A DNA stretch of 64,000 bases from Fistulifera solaris (taxonomy: Eukaryota). The notes below the pieces were generated by a model. The model was not told the origin of the DNA, did not search any database, and saw only the letters and a program-made list of their open reading frames with translations. Shown one piece after another: positions 25,148 to 37,003 of this stretch (its first letter is position 1; each line of letters begins with the position of its first letter). The DNA lies in the NCBI GenBank assembly GCA_030295235.1, contig AP026140.1, positions 868,001-932,000 on the forward strand. Reading direction: 5' to 3'. The position numbers were made by a program, and so were the translations under genes.

Positions 25148-26773
25148 CTTGTTGTCTTTCGGTGAAATACAACGCAATTCTTTGATTTTTGTTATCAAAC
25201 AAAACAAAGAAAGCGAGAGAGATCACAATTATTGTTACGGCAAGCGATACGCGCCCTAACGTTCCTTAAGGAGTGCAACTGGAAATCGATTATTGCTGCT
25301 TCAAAAGGCAATTTCCCTTCTCAGCGCCCTCGCAAAGTCTTTCAAATTTACAGTCCCCCGTCCTTGGAGAGTTCCAGCGAACACGTTGGTTTGAAATTGC
25401 CGAATGCGGTTGCGAAGCAAAAAAAAAAGCTATACGTTTGCCTTGACTGTCACAGGTACTCTTCTGCCCCTCCAATGCGCTCCAACAGACGATTGTAGCA
25501 ACAAATCACAGAAGACAAAAGTGACAAATAAATACAATTGCGCGATCTTCTTCTTATCTATGCTCGAAGCAATCGAAACGTTCTCGAATGCAAGCCTGCC
25601 GGAAAGGGCTTCGAGGGGAGAGAGCAGCAGGAGTGTCGCGGCCCGTAGGCCGCACTATCTTGCTATACCGTTTCTACAAATGCCCTCTTCCGTTTTCGTT
25701 TACACCACGCGGTGAATGCTGACACACATAATGTATAGCCCAAGATAAGGCATATATAAGAATGACAAATATTTCTCTACACAAACGCTGAGAAAAATCA
25801 AACGCGTATACTCAAGACTTCACGTTATTTAACACCAAGAGTCCACATTTGAAATTTTGAATAACAAAATATGTAGGATTGACAAGAGCCCTCGCATGGA
25901 CTATGGAAAATATTGGATTAAATAACAGAAATACGTGACACCTTCGATTAATGCCTCCAGATGCTCGTTATAACCCCTCGATAGGTTTCAGTACACAAGA
26001 AATTACTCTCCTTTAAGATTTAGGCCCCATCTTCTCCGCTCACTATAGATTCAATACCGTTTCGTTCCCGGAGGGTCACAGTTAGCATTGTAGGAAATAA
26101 AGTTGCGCGGTACTGAAAAGAAGGGTGCGTTCCAAAGTATTAATACCGAACTTCGATGTCGCGTACAGAACACTCTCAGAAACAAAGTCGTGTGTCCAAA
26201 TTCAAAATTCGAACTTCGCACCGATCCCGGTTTTTGTATCCACGCAACAGTACAACAATGAGTGTAGAATGAGAAGCGACGTCCAGACGTCATGATAGAA
26301 TGATGGCAAATGGCGAATTCCGGATTCCAGATTCTCACTTTGCTTTTCCCAGGACTGAATGACCACGTACGACGTACGAGTCCTGATTCACGAGATTCGA
26401 ATGACGCGCTCGAGACAGCTTGAAGTCGTGCAAGCTTGACGCGTGCTGAGCACGATTTCCGCACTTTGATATGATAGTATGAAACAACCTAAAGTCGTAT
26501 ACGACGGTGTCACTACGTCGCATGGAAGTGATTGCGATACAAGACTGTACATTGACGTCAAGTGCTGCAACGTTGATGGTCATCGACAGCACGCGGCCCG
26601 CGACCTGGAGACACGCTCTTCACGAGAGACGAGAGACGATGGATGATTTTCGTTGGAGGAGAACAAAAGCGAACTCACGTTTCCCACTTCTTGAAGTCAT
26701 TGAAAGGAAAAGGCCATTGCAAATTAATACTCCGTAGACCTTTCTAATCACACAATCAATAAGAGAGAAGACA

Positions 26774-27319
26774 ATGAAAACAATAGAGCAGCAACCCGCT
26801 CGCATGCGTGGAATAACAATGAAAGATCGAGCGCCGTCATTGAAGGCCCTGTCGGAATTCTCGATCGAGGATGAAGGAACGGTGTGCGGCAATGCGGGTC
26901 ACAAGCCGTTGGGCTGTGATGCCTGTCAATTTTGTGAAGATCGATGCGAAGACATTACGTGTTGTGAGTGTTCCGCAAAGCAGATCAAAGAAGTCTCGCA
27001 ATGGCCTCCGTGTCAGACCTCCCGGTCGGTACCTTATTATACACGTTGCCAAGTACGGCGGCACAATCACGAAGGTTCCGCGTGGATTGTCGCCGGCGAT
27101 AACATTTATGATGTTACGGAAAGTATGCATTATCATCCCGGCGGTACGGAATGTTTGCTACGACGTGCAGGCGGGGCACGGGATTGCACGCGCGATTTTG
27201 AGTTTCATTCTCAGCGGGCGCGGAAGCAGGTGAATCGTTTGCTCATAGGCAAGCTGCGAACGTGTCCTTGTGAAGTACCGACGGTACGCCCCTCGAAAGA
27301 CTGGTGGGTGTTTTGGTAA
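26774..27319 (+). CDS. Cytochrome b5-like heme-binding protein with N-terminal Cys cluster
   Basis: QVRRHN..SAWIVAGDNIYDVT..HPGG..DCTRDFEFHS. Confidence 0.85.
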   Translation: MKTIEQQPARMRGITMKDRAPSLKALSEFSIEDEGTVCGNAGHKPLGCDACQFCEDRCEDITCCECSAKQIKEVSQWPPCQTSRSVPYYTRCQVRRHNHEGSAWIVAGDNIYDVTESMHYHPGGTECLLRRAGGARDCTRDFEFHSQRARKQVNRLLIGKLRTCPCEVPTVRPSKDWWVFW

Positions 27320-27401
27320 CAATTTTGAAAGGAAAGCGCGGGACAGCTTTTGTAAGATTCTTGTAGAATAGGCAAAAATAATCAGGATAGACTCTTATGA
27401 C

Positions 27402-28292
27402 TTATTTGATTCGAAGTTGTTCTACAGCAATCGCCTTGACGGCCGCCTTGAGTTTAGCCCCAAGTTCTTCTTTGACTTGATCCAGGAGTTCCGCTTCGCC
27501 GGTAATACCACTTCTGCGTTTTTTCTTCTCGAATGCCGTTGGTCACTTGTTGAAAGAGCTCTTTTCAATGCCCAACTCTTCCAATACACCCGCCAGTCGT
27601 TCCAAAACGGGCGCGGCGGCGGATCCCCCCGCGGCCTGTGCTCTATTGAAATCATCAATACTTTTGAGTGGCGTCCCTTCTCCGGCTTGTTCACGCAAAT
27701 CCGTGCCCCCGAGAAACTGTTTTCCTTCCGTTTCTTTCACGGCGGTACAAATCCCCGTCATGCAACCTGGTATATTTTGAAAATCTTCCCAATCGTACGC
27801 TTTCTTTTGGGGACAACAGGACCAAAATTTGGCCGTCTCGTGAAAGACGGGAGGTGATTTGTGGTAACGACACTCCGGAAAGGGTCCCTGTTTGGGAAAT
27901 CGATTCCGACAACCAAAGTGCGTGCAGGCCACGGTATCTTGACGTTCTCGTTCCTTTGCTTCTTGGGCTTGTCGTTCTAAGACAGCCATGTCTTGTTTGG
28001 TTTGGGAGGTTCCGTGACGAATGTAGACATCGGCGCGATCGGGAATGTCATCGACGACCGTCGCATCGGAAGCGATCATCACAAACGATTGATCGGATTG
28101 CTTTAAAGCCAAATGCAACTGCGATGAATCCAACGGATTGCTACTTCCCAAGGTCCCATCATTGTAGGATTCCACAAATTGATCGAGTAATTTCGAAGAA
28201 GGACCGGTTTTCCAGGATTTGGGCAGCGTAATTTTGAGAGATTTATGCAACGCCGTGTTTTCGTTATCTTCGTAATGCAACAGGACCTTCAT
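27402..28292 (-). CDS. CHORD zinc-binding domain protein (indels near 27520-27565)
   Basis: CTHFGC..CRYHKSPPVFHETAKFWSCC..AYDWEDFQNIPGC; corrected C-terminus ..AVEQLRIK, stop at 27402. Confidence 0.85.
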
Positions 28293-28929
28293 AATCACTG
28301 CTGTATGTGTGTTTCTTTACTGTAAGAGCGATTTTATGGTAAGGAATGAAGTTGTTTGTCAATGTCCAGCAACAACATGAAACACTTTGTTGTGTTTTTG
28401 AAAAGCAACGCGGAAAAAATGTGCGGACATTTTCACGGCCTGACGTCCGTCCGTTTTGTGACTAACATCGAGCCGCAGAGTCGTCAAGGGAATGAATAAA
28501 AATCATCATCTTCCCGACCAAATCGTTGAACCATCTATTGCATATCTCTACCGACGACAATCTAGAATCTATCTGCTTGAGCCTCTTTTGAGACGAAGCA
28601 TTCGATTTAATGATGATTCAAATGTCCCCGAGTTGTCCTGGGACTGAAATCGAGTCCGGAAAAAAGTAATCTACACTTTAGTCGATAATACAGGGTATCC
28701 TACAATGTACTCAATAATACTTGTCGCAGCGATAAATCGGTGAGTCGAAGAGAGGCCGGCGCTCCTCACGCCGGCGTGCTTCATTTTTCTCCCCCAAACG
28801 CACGAGTGAGTCGATTATGCCAATCCTCGTCGTCGATCCAACAAAAGCAATCGATCAACCTATTCTGCGTACGCGAAAGCAACCAAATCAATGCTTGACG
28901 ACAACAACAAATAGCAATCTGCAGACAAC

Positions 28930-29832
28930 ATGAACGGAGCCTCACGTGACGACGACGAAAAGCGAATTGTCGCCGCACTGGCCCTCCGATCCTTCCATTT
29001 GCCCAATTATTCCTTACTACAAGATTGGTGGCAATTTATGGTCAATCATCATCCCGTTTGGGGCATTTGTTGTCATCATCGATTGCATCCTCTCGAATTC
29101 AAAATGCGACTCTTGTATTTGGTCGGATCGGTCATGTTTGGATTGGCCGTCACCAATTGCATGTGGTTGATCTTTATTTGGGGAGAAGTCGATGAAGAAC
29201 AAGCCGTTCTTACCATTCGATTCGGTGAACAAAAATACAATGATGATCTCACTGCCGAATACAATCAACAAGAACCAGATGCGGGTTTGTTGTTTCAAAA
29301 CAACGGAGAAATAATCATTACACAGGGCATGATTCTCTTGTGGACCGTCGGAGGAACGCTGCATGCATGTTTTGATCAGACGATATGGTTCATTACGACG
29401 TGCGCTTGTTGTTTGCCCGGACAAGCTTTGGAATGTTGTCTCTTTGCCCGACAATACACGCGCATGTTGGCTGTCGTGGCGGTTGTCTTCACGACAGCCG
29501 TAGCGACGTTGGCGGTTTTGCTCCGGGCGTCCATCGAAACACCAGTGGATTCAATGAATTCCAGTGATACGAATAGTTTGGAAGAGTGGTACTCCCAAGG
29601 AAGTCAACGGATAGGGCAAATAACGCAACAATCCATTTCCGCGTACGATTTCTTATTGACGTACGGTACGGAACTCTGTCTTTCGTATTTTGTGTATTAT
29701 CCACTGTTGGGAACTCTGTTCTTTTCCGGAATACTGGGCTGCTATCGTATCCCTGTACTAGGGGGTCGACCGTACGAAGTTCAGCAAGAAGAACGCAAGA
29801 AACAACGACAGAGCTGGCGTCGGTCGTCCTAG
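28930..29832 (+). CDS. Hypothetical multi-pass membrane protein (true start may lie upstream)
   Basis: 300-aa ORF with about 4 hydrophobic segments and Cys clusters (NHHPVWGICCHH, CACC). Confidence 0.65.
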   Translation: MNGASRDDDEKRIVAALALRSFHLPNYSLLQDWWQFMVNHHPVWGICCHHRLHPLEFKMRLLYLVGSVMFGLAVTNCMWLIFIWGEVDEEQAVLTIRFGEQKYNDDLTAEYNQQEPDAGLLFQNNGEIIITQGMILLWTVGGTLHACFDQTIWFITTCACCLPGQALECCLFARQYTRMLAVVAVVFTTAVATLAVLLRASIETPVDSMNSSDTNSLEEWYSQGSQRIGQITQQSISAYDFLLTYGTELCLSYFVYYPLLGTLFFSGILGCYRIPVLGGRPYEVQQEERKKQRQSWRRSS

Positions 29833-29929
29833 CATCTGTTCTGCTTATTTAGTTGCAATTGTATAGAGACATATAGAAAAAATAGAAAGCGACTATTTCA
29901 AATCTACAATTAGTAAAAAATGCCTTTTA

Positions 29930-31003
29930 TTATGTTACAGCCGACGACCGGGCATGGGGTTCGTAGAGACGGACGATTTTCTTCGCGGCAGCGATCTCTG
30001 GATCGAGGCACGTGCGGCAATAGACCAAAAAGTCTCCAGGTATGGCTACCACGGGATCGATCCAAGGGCCCTGGCACTTGGGACAATGTGCTGACACATT
30101 CTGGACATGGGGAGGAGGTGGTAGATCGGAAGATGCTAAACGACGTTTCATGGCTTGTTGTTCCAGCCACATGACTCTCAATTGCGTCAACCAACTCACC
30201 GACACTGCCATGGACAATACAGTCAGGACAGCGTTCCGGGTCGTCTGTGATATTGGAGAAGACACGTCTTTGCTGGGCGTCGCCGGTCGATCTTGTTGCG
30301 TTTGACGTCGAACCAATGTGCCCAAACAAAGGGATACAAGATCAAAATGAAACGATTTTCCCAACAGAAATCGCCATTGACAAAAGACATTGGCCGCTTC
30401 ACTACCAACTTGTAACAATCGCACAATGATTTGTAAGATTCGACGATGCGATGGTGATAGAGACAGGAGATCGATACCCCACAGAGTCTGATCTTGTGAT
30501 ACGCCCTCCAGTTTTTCCTTCAAATACGGACCCAACGCCAAGAGAATGGCCAATCGTGTCGCATTCTTTCGATCTAACGGTACCATCCGATGCTTCCCAT
30601 CTTCTGGAAGAAGCATAGCCCGCTTAGTTCCGTAAACTGCTTCGGCGCAGGAAGCGGACGTCATTCGCAAACAACGGCGCTGAATCCAGTACAGCAACAA
30701 ACATCGCCATTCGGCATGGTAACGTTTCATGACAGCAATGAAAGCTTTCGAGTAACGTTGCATGCGAGTGACGACATAATTGTGACTGGTAGTAGTAATA
30801 GGCAGCCTTGCAGATAGTTGATGGAAGAGAGAATCATAGACAATTTTCAACGCCTCGCGTCCGGATCGTTCCGCGTCTTGTATGAATTTCATTTCCAAAA
30901 AGGAAGGCAATGCTGTATACGGATCGATGCACCATTCTTCGGCTAATAGAGCTCCGGTCGTTTTGGGTAGCAATAAATCAACAGGATCGTGCATGCTGGT
31001 CAT
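29930..31003 (-). CDS. PEX12: Peroxin PEX12-like protein (Pex2/Pex12 domain plus degenerate RING)
   Basis: DPYTALPSFLEM, AEAVYGTKR, LGPYLKEKLE, LPPPPH followed by CPKC...YCRTC. Confidence 0.75.
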   Translation of the reverse strand: MTSMHDPVDLLLPKTTGALLAEEWCIDPYTALPSFLEMKFIQDAERSGREALKIVYDSLFHQLSARLPITTTSHNYVVTRMQRYSKAFIAVMKRYHAEWRCLLLYWIQRRCLRMTSASCAEAVYGTKRAMLLPEDGKHRMVPLDRKNATRLAILLALGPYLKEKLEGVSQDQTLWGIDLLSLSPSHRRILQIIVRLLQVGSEAANVFCQWRFLLGKSFHFDLVSLCLGTLVRRQTQQDRPATPSKDVSSPISQTTRNAVLTVLSMAVSVSWLTQLRVMWLEQQAMKRRLASSDLPPPPHVQNVSAHCPKCQGPWIDPVVAIPGDFLVYCRTCLDPEIAAAKKIVRLYEPHARSSAVT

Positions 31004-31226
31004 TTGCAATAAATAGATTGATAGAAGGAAGCAATAAAACATACGGAGTAAAAAATAACGCGACGATAGACGCCGCGGTCGCACTCACGACTGCAATCGA
31101 ATCGGGGGTATTTTAGATGATTGCAGTTTCGACTTCTATAATCTCTTCATCTAGAAAGAAATTTACATTCCTTTCATTGTTATTAGCGATTATATTATGA
31201 TATGAATTTTAGTAGCGTTGCTTTTT

Positions 31227-34200
31227 TTATTCAATCTCCAATCCGACATTGGTACTGTGTTGACTGTTATCGATCTGCGAAGGCGGCATGCTAAAGTCCA
31301 GATAAAAGCTAGGAGCATCCAAAACTTGCGTGGAAATGTCAACATTGACGGTCGAATTACCCTCCACTTTGGCCAGCATTTCATTCGCAATTTGCAGTGT
31401 CAATGTCCCAACGTTGGCCGGAGAAAAAGCCATTTTGGCGTAATCGGCCAGAGCCATGGCCACATACGTGAAGGATGGGCGTCGATTGCTCTCTTGGTCC
31501 CAACAAGCCGCCATAATTTCTTGCAAGCGTCGTGGTGTGCTCGGCGGAATCGGTGGTCGACGGCCTTCGGCGACTGCGTACGCTGCCTGAATCGGGGTCA
31601 TCGTAGCAAAGGGGACTTCCCGGGTGATGAGTTGCCAAAGGCAAATACCAAAACTGTAGACATCTGCATTGCTCGAGTAGGACTCGTGTCGAATTACCTC
31701 AGGAGCCATGTAGCGGTACGTTCCTGTCTCTGCCGTAAGCTCTTGACCGGTGTTGGCTACCGACATGCCAAAGTCAGCGATTTTCACACGATGGTCTCTG
31801 GTAAGTAAGATATTGGAAGGTTTCAAGTCCCTATGAATAACATTTCTCGAGTGCAAATACGCCATAGCATTCGCAATATCCAACGCAATGGGCAAGTACT
31901 CATAATACCGTGAAGAGTCCGATAGTAGCGACAACAAAGAACCACCTTCACAGTATTCGTAGGCGAGACAAAAGCAGTCAGAATCTGCAGCCACACCAAC
32001 TGAATGTAAAACGAAAAAATTTGTGTCAGCTCGCGGTGTACAAGTTGCTCTCCGATACCAAACAAAGTAACGTACCTAAGTCACAAACGTTTGGGTGGCT
32101 CAATCGCGCCGCAATATCCGCTTCCCGTCGGAGCTCATCCACATAGGCTGTATTGCGTGTAGCAGGGTCCACCATGGCCACTTTCAAGGCGACCATTTTT
32201 ACTGTCTTGACAGGAAATGGACTCTCATAGAACTCACTTCGTTGCCAAGCGGCTCGGTAAATTGTACTGACTCGGCCTGCTCCAAGTGTTTCAATCAACA
32301 TGATTTCGTCAAATGGAATCAAAGGCACAGCACGAGGCTCCGCAACTTCACCACTATTGGCGTAAAAGTCGGGGACTGTTAGATAATCCAGCGTCGGATC
32401 TCCCTGTTCGTTGCCAATGTTGTCCAAATTGGATGTTCCGCGACGATTGATCATTTTCTTTCTCTGGCGCTGTTCATTTGGAACAAGAGCACTCGTCGCT
32501 TGTTCTGGAATCGAGGAACTGATATCCTCTTTGGATGACAAATGAGGTATTGATGGTACATTATCCACAAAAGATGATGACTTCATTTCCAGTCGAAAAT
32601 CCGGTAACGATGCAGCAACCCTCTTACTGGACGATAATTGCAAATCCGCACCGGGGCTGACTTCGCTACGTGCCAAGGCTTCATGTAAGGGTATAGCTGA
32701 TTCAATTTCTTGCTCCACATCTCTGCGATTTGACGCTCGTGCTGCATAATCCTGTACGTACAATGGACCACTGGGTTCCATGACCGCCGACGTGCTATTA
32801 GGAAGAATTGGCGGAGGATCATCTGCATTGTTAGCTTGAAACGTTCCGTATTCTTTCAAGAAAGCTTCGATGAGATTCGAAAGTTTGTCCAGGCGCAGTC
32901 GCCCTACCGTTTGAACCGTGAATCGATCCTGTAAAATTGGATTAGAACAAAACTTCTGCGTCAACCACGAAAAACGACACTTAGCACACCCGCACGTACC
33001 AAAACGATCCCTTCCTTGCTGAGCATGACGTCCGCATCAATGACACAGGAACCTCCCGTCGACAACAGTTTGGAAATATACTCCAACAGGCCCACTGCAT
33101 CTCGACAGGAAATAGTGACCAAACACAAAGAATGCTTCGATCCTCCCTGATGGTTCGCCACCGCCACAGCATGACTCCCCTTCACTTCATCGGGTGATAT
33201 GTTATGAATATGAACCGCCACTTTGGTGGGATCGGATCGAACGGCGGCGACGAGACGCATGTGCACCAAAACTTCCGACGGAGTATCGGCACTCAAAGCA
33301 TAACGAAACGGCAACGAAGATACAAAGTTGTAAATACTTTTCGTCACTTGCTCACGCTGTTGGTCGGCAACCTGTGCCGTATCCGTGGTGACTCCGTACG
33401 ACGAAGCCTTCAGCAGTTTGGATTCGGCAATGAAGAGTTCGGCAACCACCGTACACAAATCATCAATGACCGCTTGTGCGTGTTCGGCACGTTTCCGAAC
33501 TCGTGTTGCATTGGAAGTATCAATGTGTTTGCGGGTAGTCGAATTGACCGAAGAAGACGACAAGTCATCGGCGTTGCTGAGATTTTCGGGAAGTCCATCT
33601 TCGCGCCGCAAATTTTGTAAGCGCTCGCGCATCGACGTTTCGAGTTCCTCCTTTTCGTCAGCATGAGTGCATACGGAGAACCCGAGGGCGGTGCCAGTGT
33701 ACCGATTTCCTTACTCGACATGCATCTATGGCATGCAATAGTTGAGACCCAATGATTAAAAGTAGCACATCATTGTGATGATTCTACGTACCTTCGAACC
33801 CGATACGATTGAGCGACTGCCGCCGATACGGACGAAGGTCCTGCCTCCAAAGAATTCAAACGCGTCAATCGAAAATCCGTCGGTCGGTTTTGGAAACAAA
33901 TTGGGCGCTGAAGAACCCAGAGGTGCATCACGAATCGGCTCCGAAGCCGAATCTGCTTCATCGATGCAGGAAGACGAATGGCTGCTCAATCGACGATGGA
34001 TAGCATCTTCCGGTTGAGATAATTGTTGATTCAACAGTATGGTTAAATTGGAGGCGGGCTTTTCGGGAGTCTTGTGTGTCTTATTATTGGGCTCTCCTAT
34101 GACAGCGCGAGCGAACGGGTTATTCGGAGGAATCAACTGCAATCCGTTGACTGTCACCAGTGGCGGATTCGGACGCGTCGGTGACGAATGGAAGATATTG

Positions 34201-34259
34201 CGCTGCCGTTGCGCATTTTTCCGACTCAAGAGTCGAGCGGCGGTAGCGTCTAGACTCAT
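31227..34259 (-). CDS. Raf-like/TKL Ser/Thr/Tyr kinase with an ACT-like domain (about 3 introns, at least 1 indel)
   Basis: LGAGRVSTIY, VALK, IHRDLKPSN, IADFG, TAETGTYRYMAPE, DVYSFG; upstream LPFRYAL..EVLVHMRL and VTISCRDAVGLLEYISKLL. Confidence 0.85.
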
Positions 34260-35253
34260 GGGAGTGTGACGTTTTCTCAACTATCCAATGCTGTGTCAAA
34301 AACAATAGAAAGGCTTCTTGTAAGATGTTGTTGCGGAATTCCTTCCACGAGTTCCTTGTAGGCAAGTTCAAAGCGCAAGAGATGAATGCTGGTTGTGCTT
34401 TACGAGCGTTCACAAAGAGAATCTGATAAATGTTTGATTCGGCTGACACCTTTGCTTTTGCAATCAACAGCGATGATGGCGGTGCAGTCGGACTTCCGCG
34501 TGTTGTTATGTTCGGGTCTGCGAGAGTTGAATGGATGTGGATTGCGGCCTTCAAGGCTCAAGTTTGACACCGGACACCGTTCAGTCAATGTACTCCCTAT
34601 TCTATAGTAGAAACGTTGATGGCCTTGTTCCACGACATTCCTCTAAGCGCAAAACGCTAAATGACCCCCCTTGCTGTTTCCGTAGAATGGACACTCGACT
34701 CGGAGTAGAGCGAAACGCGGCTTGCGGTCGCCACGTGTTTCGGAGTACTCTAAATCTGAGTGCGATTAAAAACGTTTTGAGTCATTACATTAAAGTGCTA
34801 CTATGATTATTTATCCGAAAACGGGTTCCTCAATCGTGTTTTGACTTACCCTACCACGTCATTGGCTTTCCGCTTTCGTTGCATCAACTGCAACTTATTG
34901 GAGATCACGGTATCCAATGTGACGTGTTCTGTGCTCTCTCCCGGAGGTATTTCCGTTCCGGAGAAACGAAGGAGAAAACCAAATGGTACCTGGTACTATA
35001 CACTATACTCACTCTCTCGCATTTCCGACGAAGTGACCAAGGCTGTAAGCTTTTAGCTCCAGTTTGAAAAACTGAAAGTTCATTCATCATTCATCATTCG
35101 CTCCTCTCTCTAAATCCATTACCAGTACTTGTAAGGCTTACTGTTTTATTAAAAGCTACTTTTCAATCAAAAACAATCCGGGATTCCGACTTTACTCCCG
35201 ATTCTCAGTTAAGGAAAGCTTACCTGGTACTTCCCATTTTACTAGTTGTTGGC

Positions 35254-36119
35254 CTAAAATACAACCGAATTCGATCTATCTTTCGCTCGGATCTTGAGCC
35301 CTGATTTAGGGGCGGGAACAGCACGAAAGGACTCGACCGTTTGCAGGACGGATGGTTCCGCCACTTTCCATCGCGACGCGGATGCGCTGCCCACCAGCAT
35401 GACGGCGTTTTCCGTTCCCGCTGGGATGGTTGCCACTAGAACCGCTCGTCGAGGTATTTCGGCATTTGTGGATTGCGACAGTGATGAGAATGTCAGTTCG
35501 ATTATCCGATAATCATCGCCTTGCATGCGACTTGATTTCACTTTAATATCGGTAGGAGGGCCATAAAAGGAGAATCGTCCTGTTGGATCAAAAAGACGTT
35601 CCAAAAAGAAGCTGCTTGGTAAGCTTTGGAGCGATTTTCCTTGTGTAGTTTGAGTCACTGCGAGGAAGGCCCCTCACCGGTCCGCCCGTCACGGCATTCC
35701 ACATCAAATACGGATCCTTTTTCCAATTTCCAAGGTGCTACAAAACTCACGAGAACAGGCTTAGGGTCTTTCTTGGTTCCGACCAAAATCTCTGCCGCGA
35801 CAGCACCATTGCGATCCTGACTCACGTCACTTCCATCCCGAAAGACGACACCCGTCTGCGGTCGACTTTTTCCGGCTTGACTGGAAACCGTCATACCGCC
35901 ACCGGTATCAATGCCCGTTCGTAGAAAAGTCTCAATGTCCAAACTCTCTTGTGCCGCCGCATTCGCACTGCTCGGAGCCATGAGAGTGGTGGCTGCGATG
36001 GTACCACACGCCGACCAAAACTCGCGTCTCGTCGGATTGTTCTCAAACGAAAATCCCCACGTTTCGCTGACCAACAAAGTCAAAAAAATCGTCGACCTGG
36101 CTGTTCTAGAAATGTGCAT
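35254..36119 (-). CDS. Putative thylakoid-lumen PsbP-like protein (frameshift near 35665)
   Basis: Signal peptide ending WG-F, twin-arginine TRREFW, hydrophobic stretch and ANA cleavage site; C-terminus LVGSASASRWK...VESFRA. Confidence 0.65.
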
Positions 36120-36236
36120 GGTGTCCTTTTGCGGTTGATTATCAAATGAAAGGGTACTTATGAAACATAATGCTCCTCTGTCATGTCGAAGATGCCGATC
36201 TGTCGATCCTTCTGTTTCGCTGACATCAAAGGCTGA

Positions 36237-36419
36237 GGGCCATTTCTAACCGGAAGTTTCGTATTCGTATTTTCGCATTTCGCGTTCGTATCCGGAGAAA
36301 ATGACAGACGAGAACTTTCGTATTTTCTTATTTCCCTCCCGTTTGGGCAAAATGGGAGAGTGTGCGACCGCGCGAAATACGAAATTACGAAACGCGAACA
36401 TTTCTGTTAGAAATGGCCC
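36237..36419. mobile_element. Non-autonomous MITE (Mutator-like), 183 bp
   Basis: Perfect 14-bp TIR GGGCCATTTCTAAC/GTTAGAAATGGCCC, extending imperfectly to about 50 bp; flanking 11-bp direct repeats TCAAAGGCTGA (36226-36236) and TCAAAAGCTGA (36420-36430). Confidence 0.8.
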
Positions 36420-36516
36420 TCAAAAGCTGATGTCACTCGCTTCTCGCGTTATGTTTCTCGCCTTTCTCACATTGCACCCAACGCCTGTCCGCTTGCCCGG
36501 TTATAACGATATCGAG

Positions 36517-36546
36517 GGCAATGGCAATGGCAATGGCAATGGCAAT
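36517..36546. repeat. (GGCAAT)5 hexanucleotide microsatellite
   Basis: Five perfect copies read directly. Confidence 0.95.
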
Positions 36547-37003
36547 ACCAGTAAACCTTACAGTTAATAAAGTGCCCTTAAAGAGTAAATTTTGCGATAT
36601 GGATATTACCAAGTAACAAACGAACCGAGGATGAGTTGTTCCAGTTTTTATCCTCTATAAGCGGAAAGATCTAGATTCATGACTGAAATGCAGTCCCGGA
36701 AAAGGTCGTCTACACTTTGGGCTATAGTCGATAGGACACGAAGAAGTTCTCAACAGGAACAGTCGAGGGATGTTTATTGCCATTGCTGCCAAAGATAGCT
36801 GCAGCATGCAATCGACAATAGAAGCATACCCAACTAATAGAACGAATTGAGGTCAGGCTGCAACTCAGCAATCCTTGAATACTATTTACTCGGGTGTAGC
36901 AATTCTCACTAAAAAAACAAACGTAAGAACTAGTATAACGTCCATTATTCGAAAGGAGTATCAAGATTAACAATCAACAGATTCATTATCGATGTATTGC
37001 AAA

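Noticed and set aside
25232..26737. Short ORFs in the long HMG/cytochrome b5 spacer
   Set aside because: They have no motifs and several lack ATG starts; the region is most simply divergent promoter and UTR sequence.
36301..36567. 88-aa ORF ending in GNGNGNGNGN
   Set aside because: It is assembled from the MITE interior plus the GGCAAT microsatellite and is unlikely to be a real gene.
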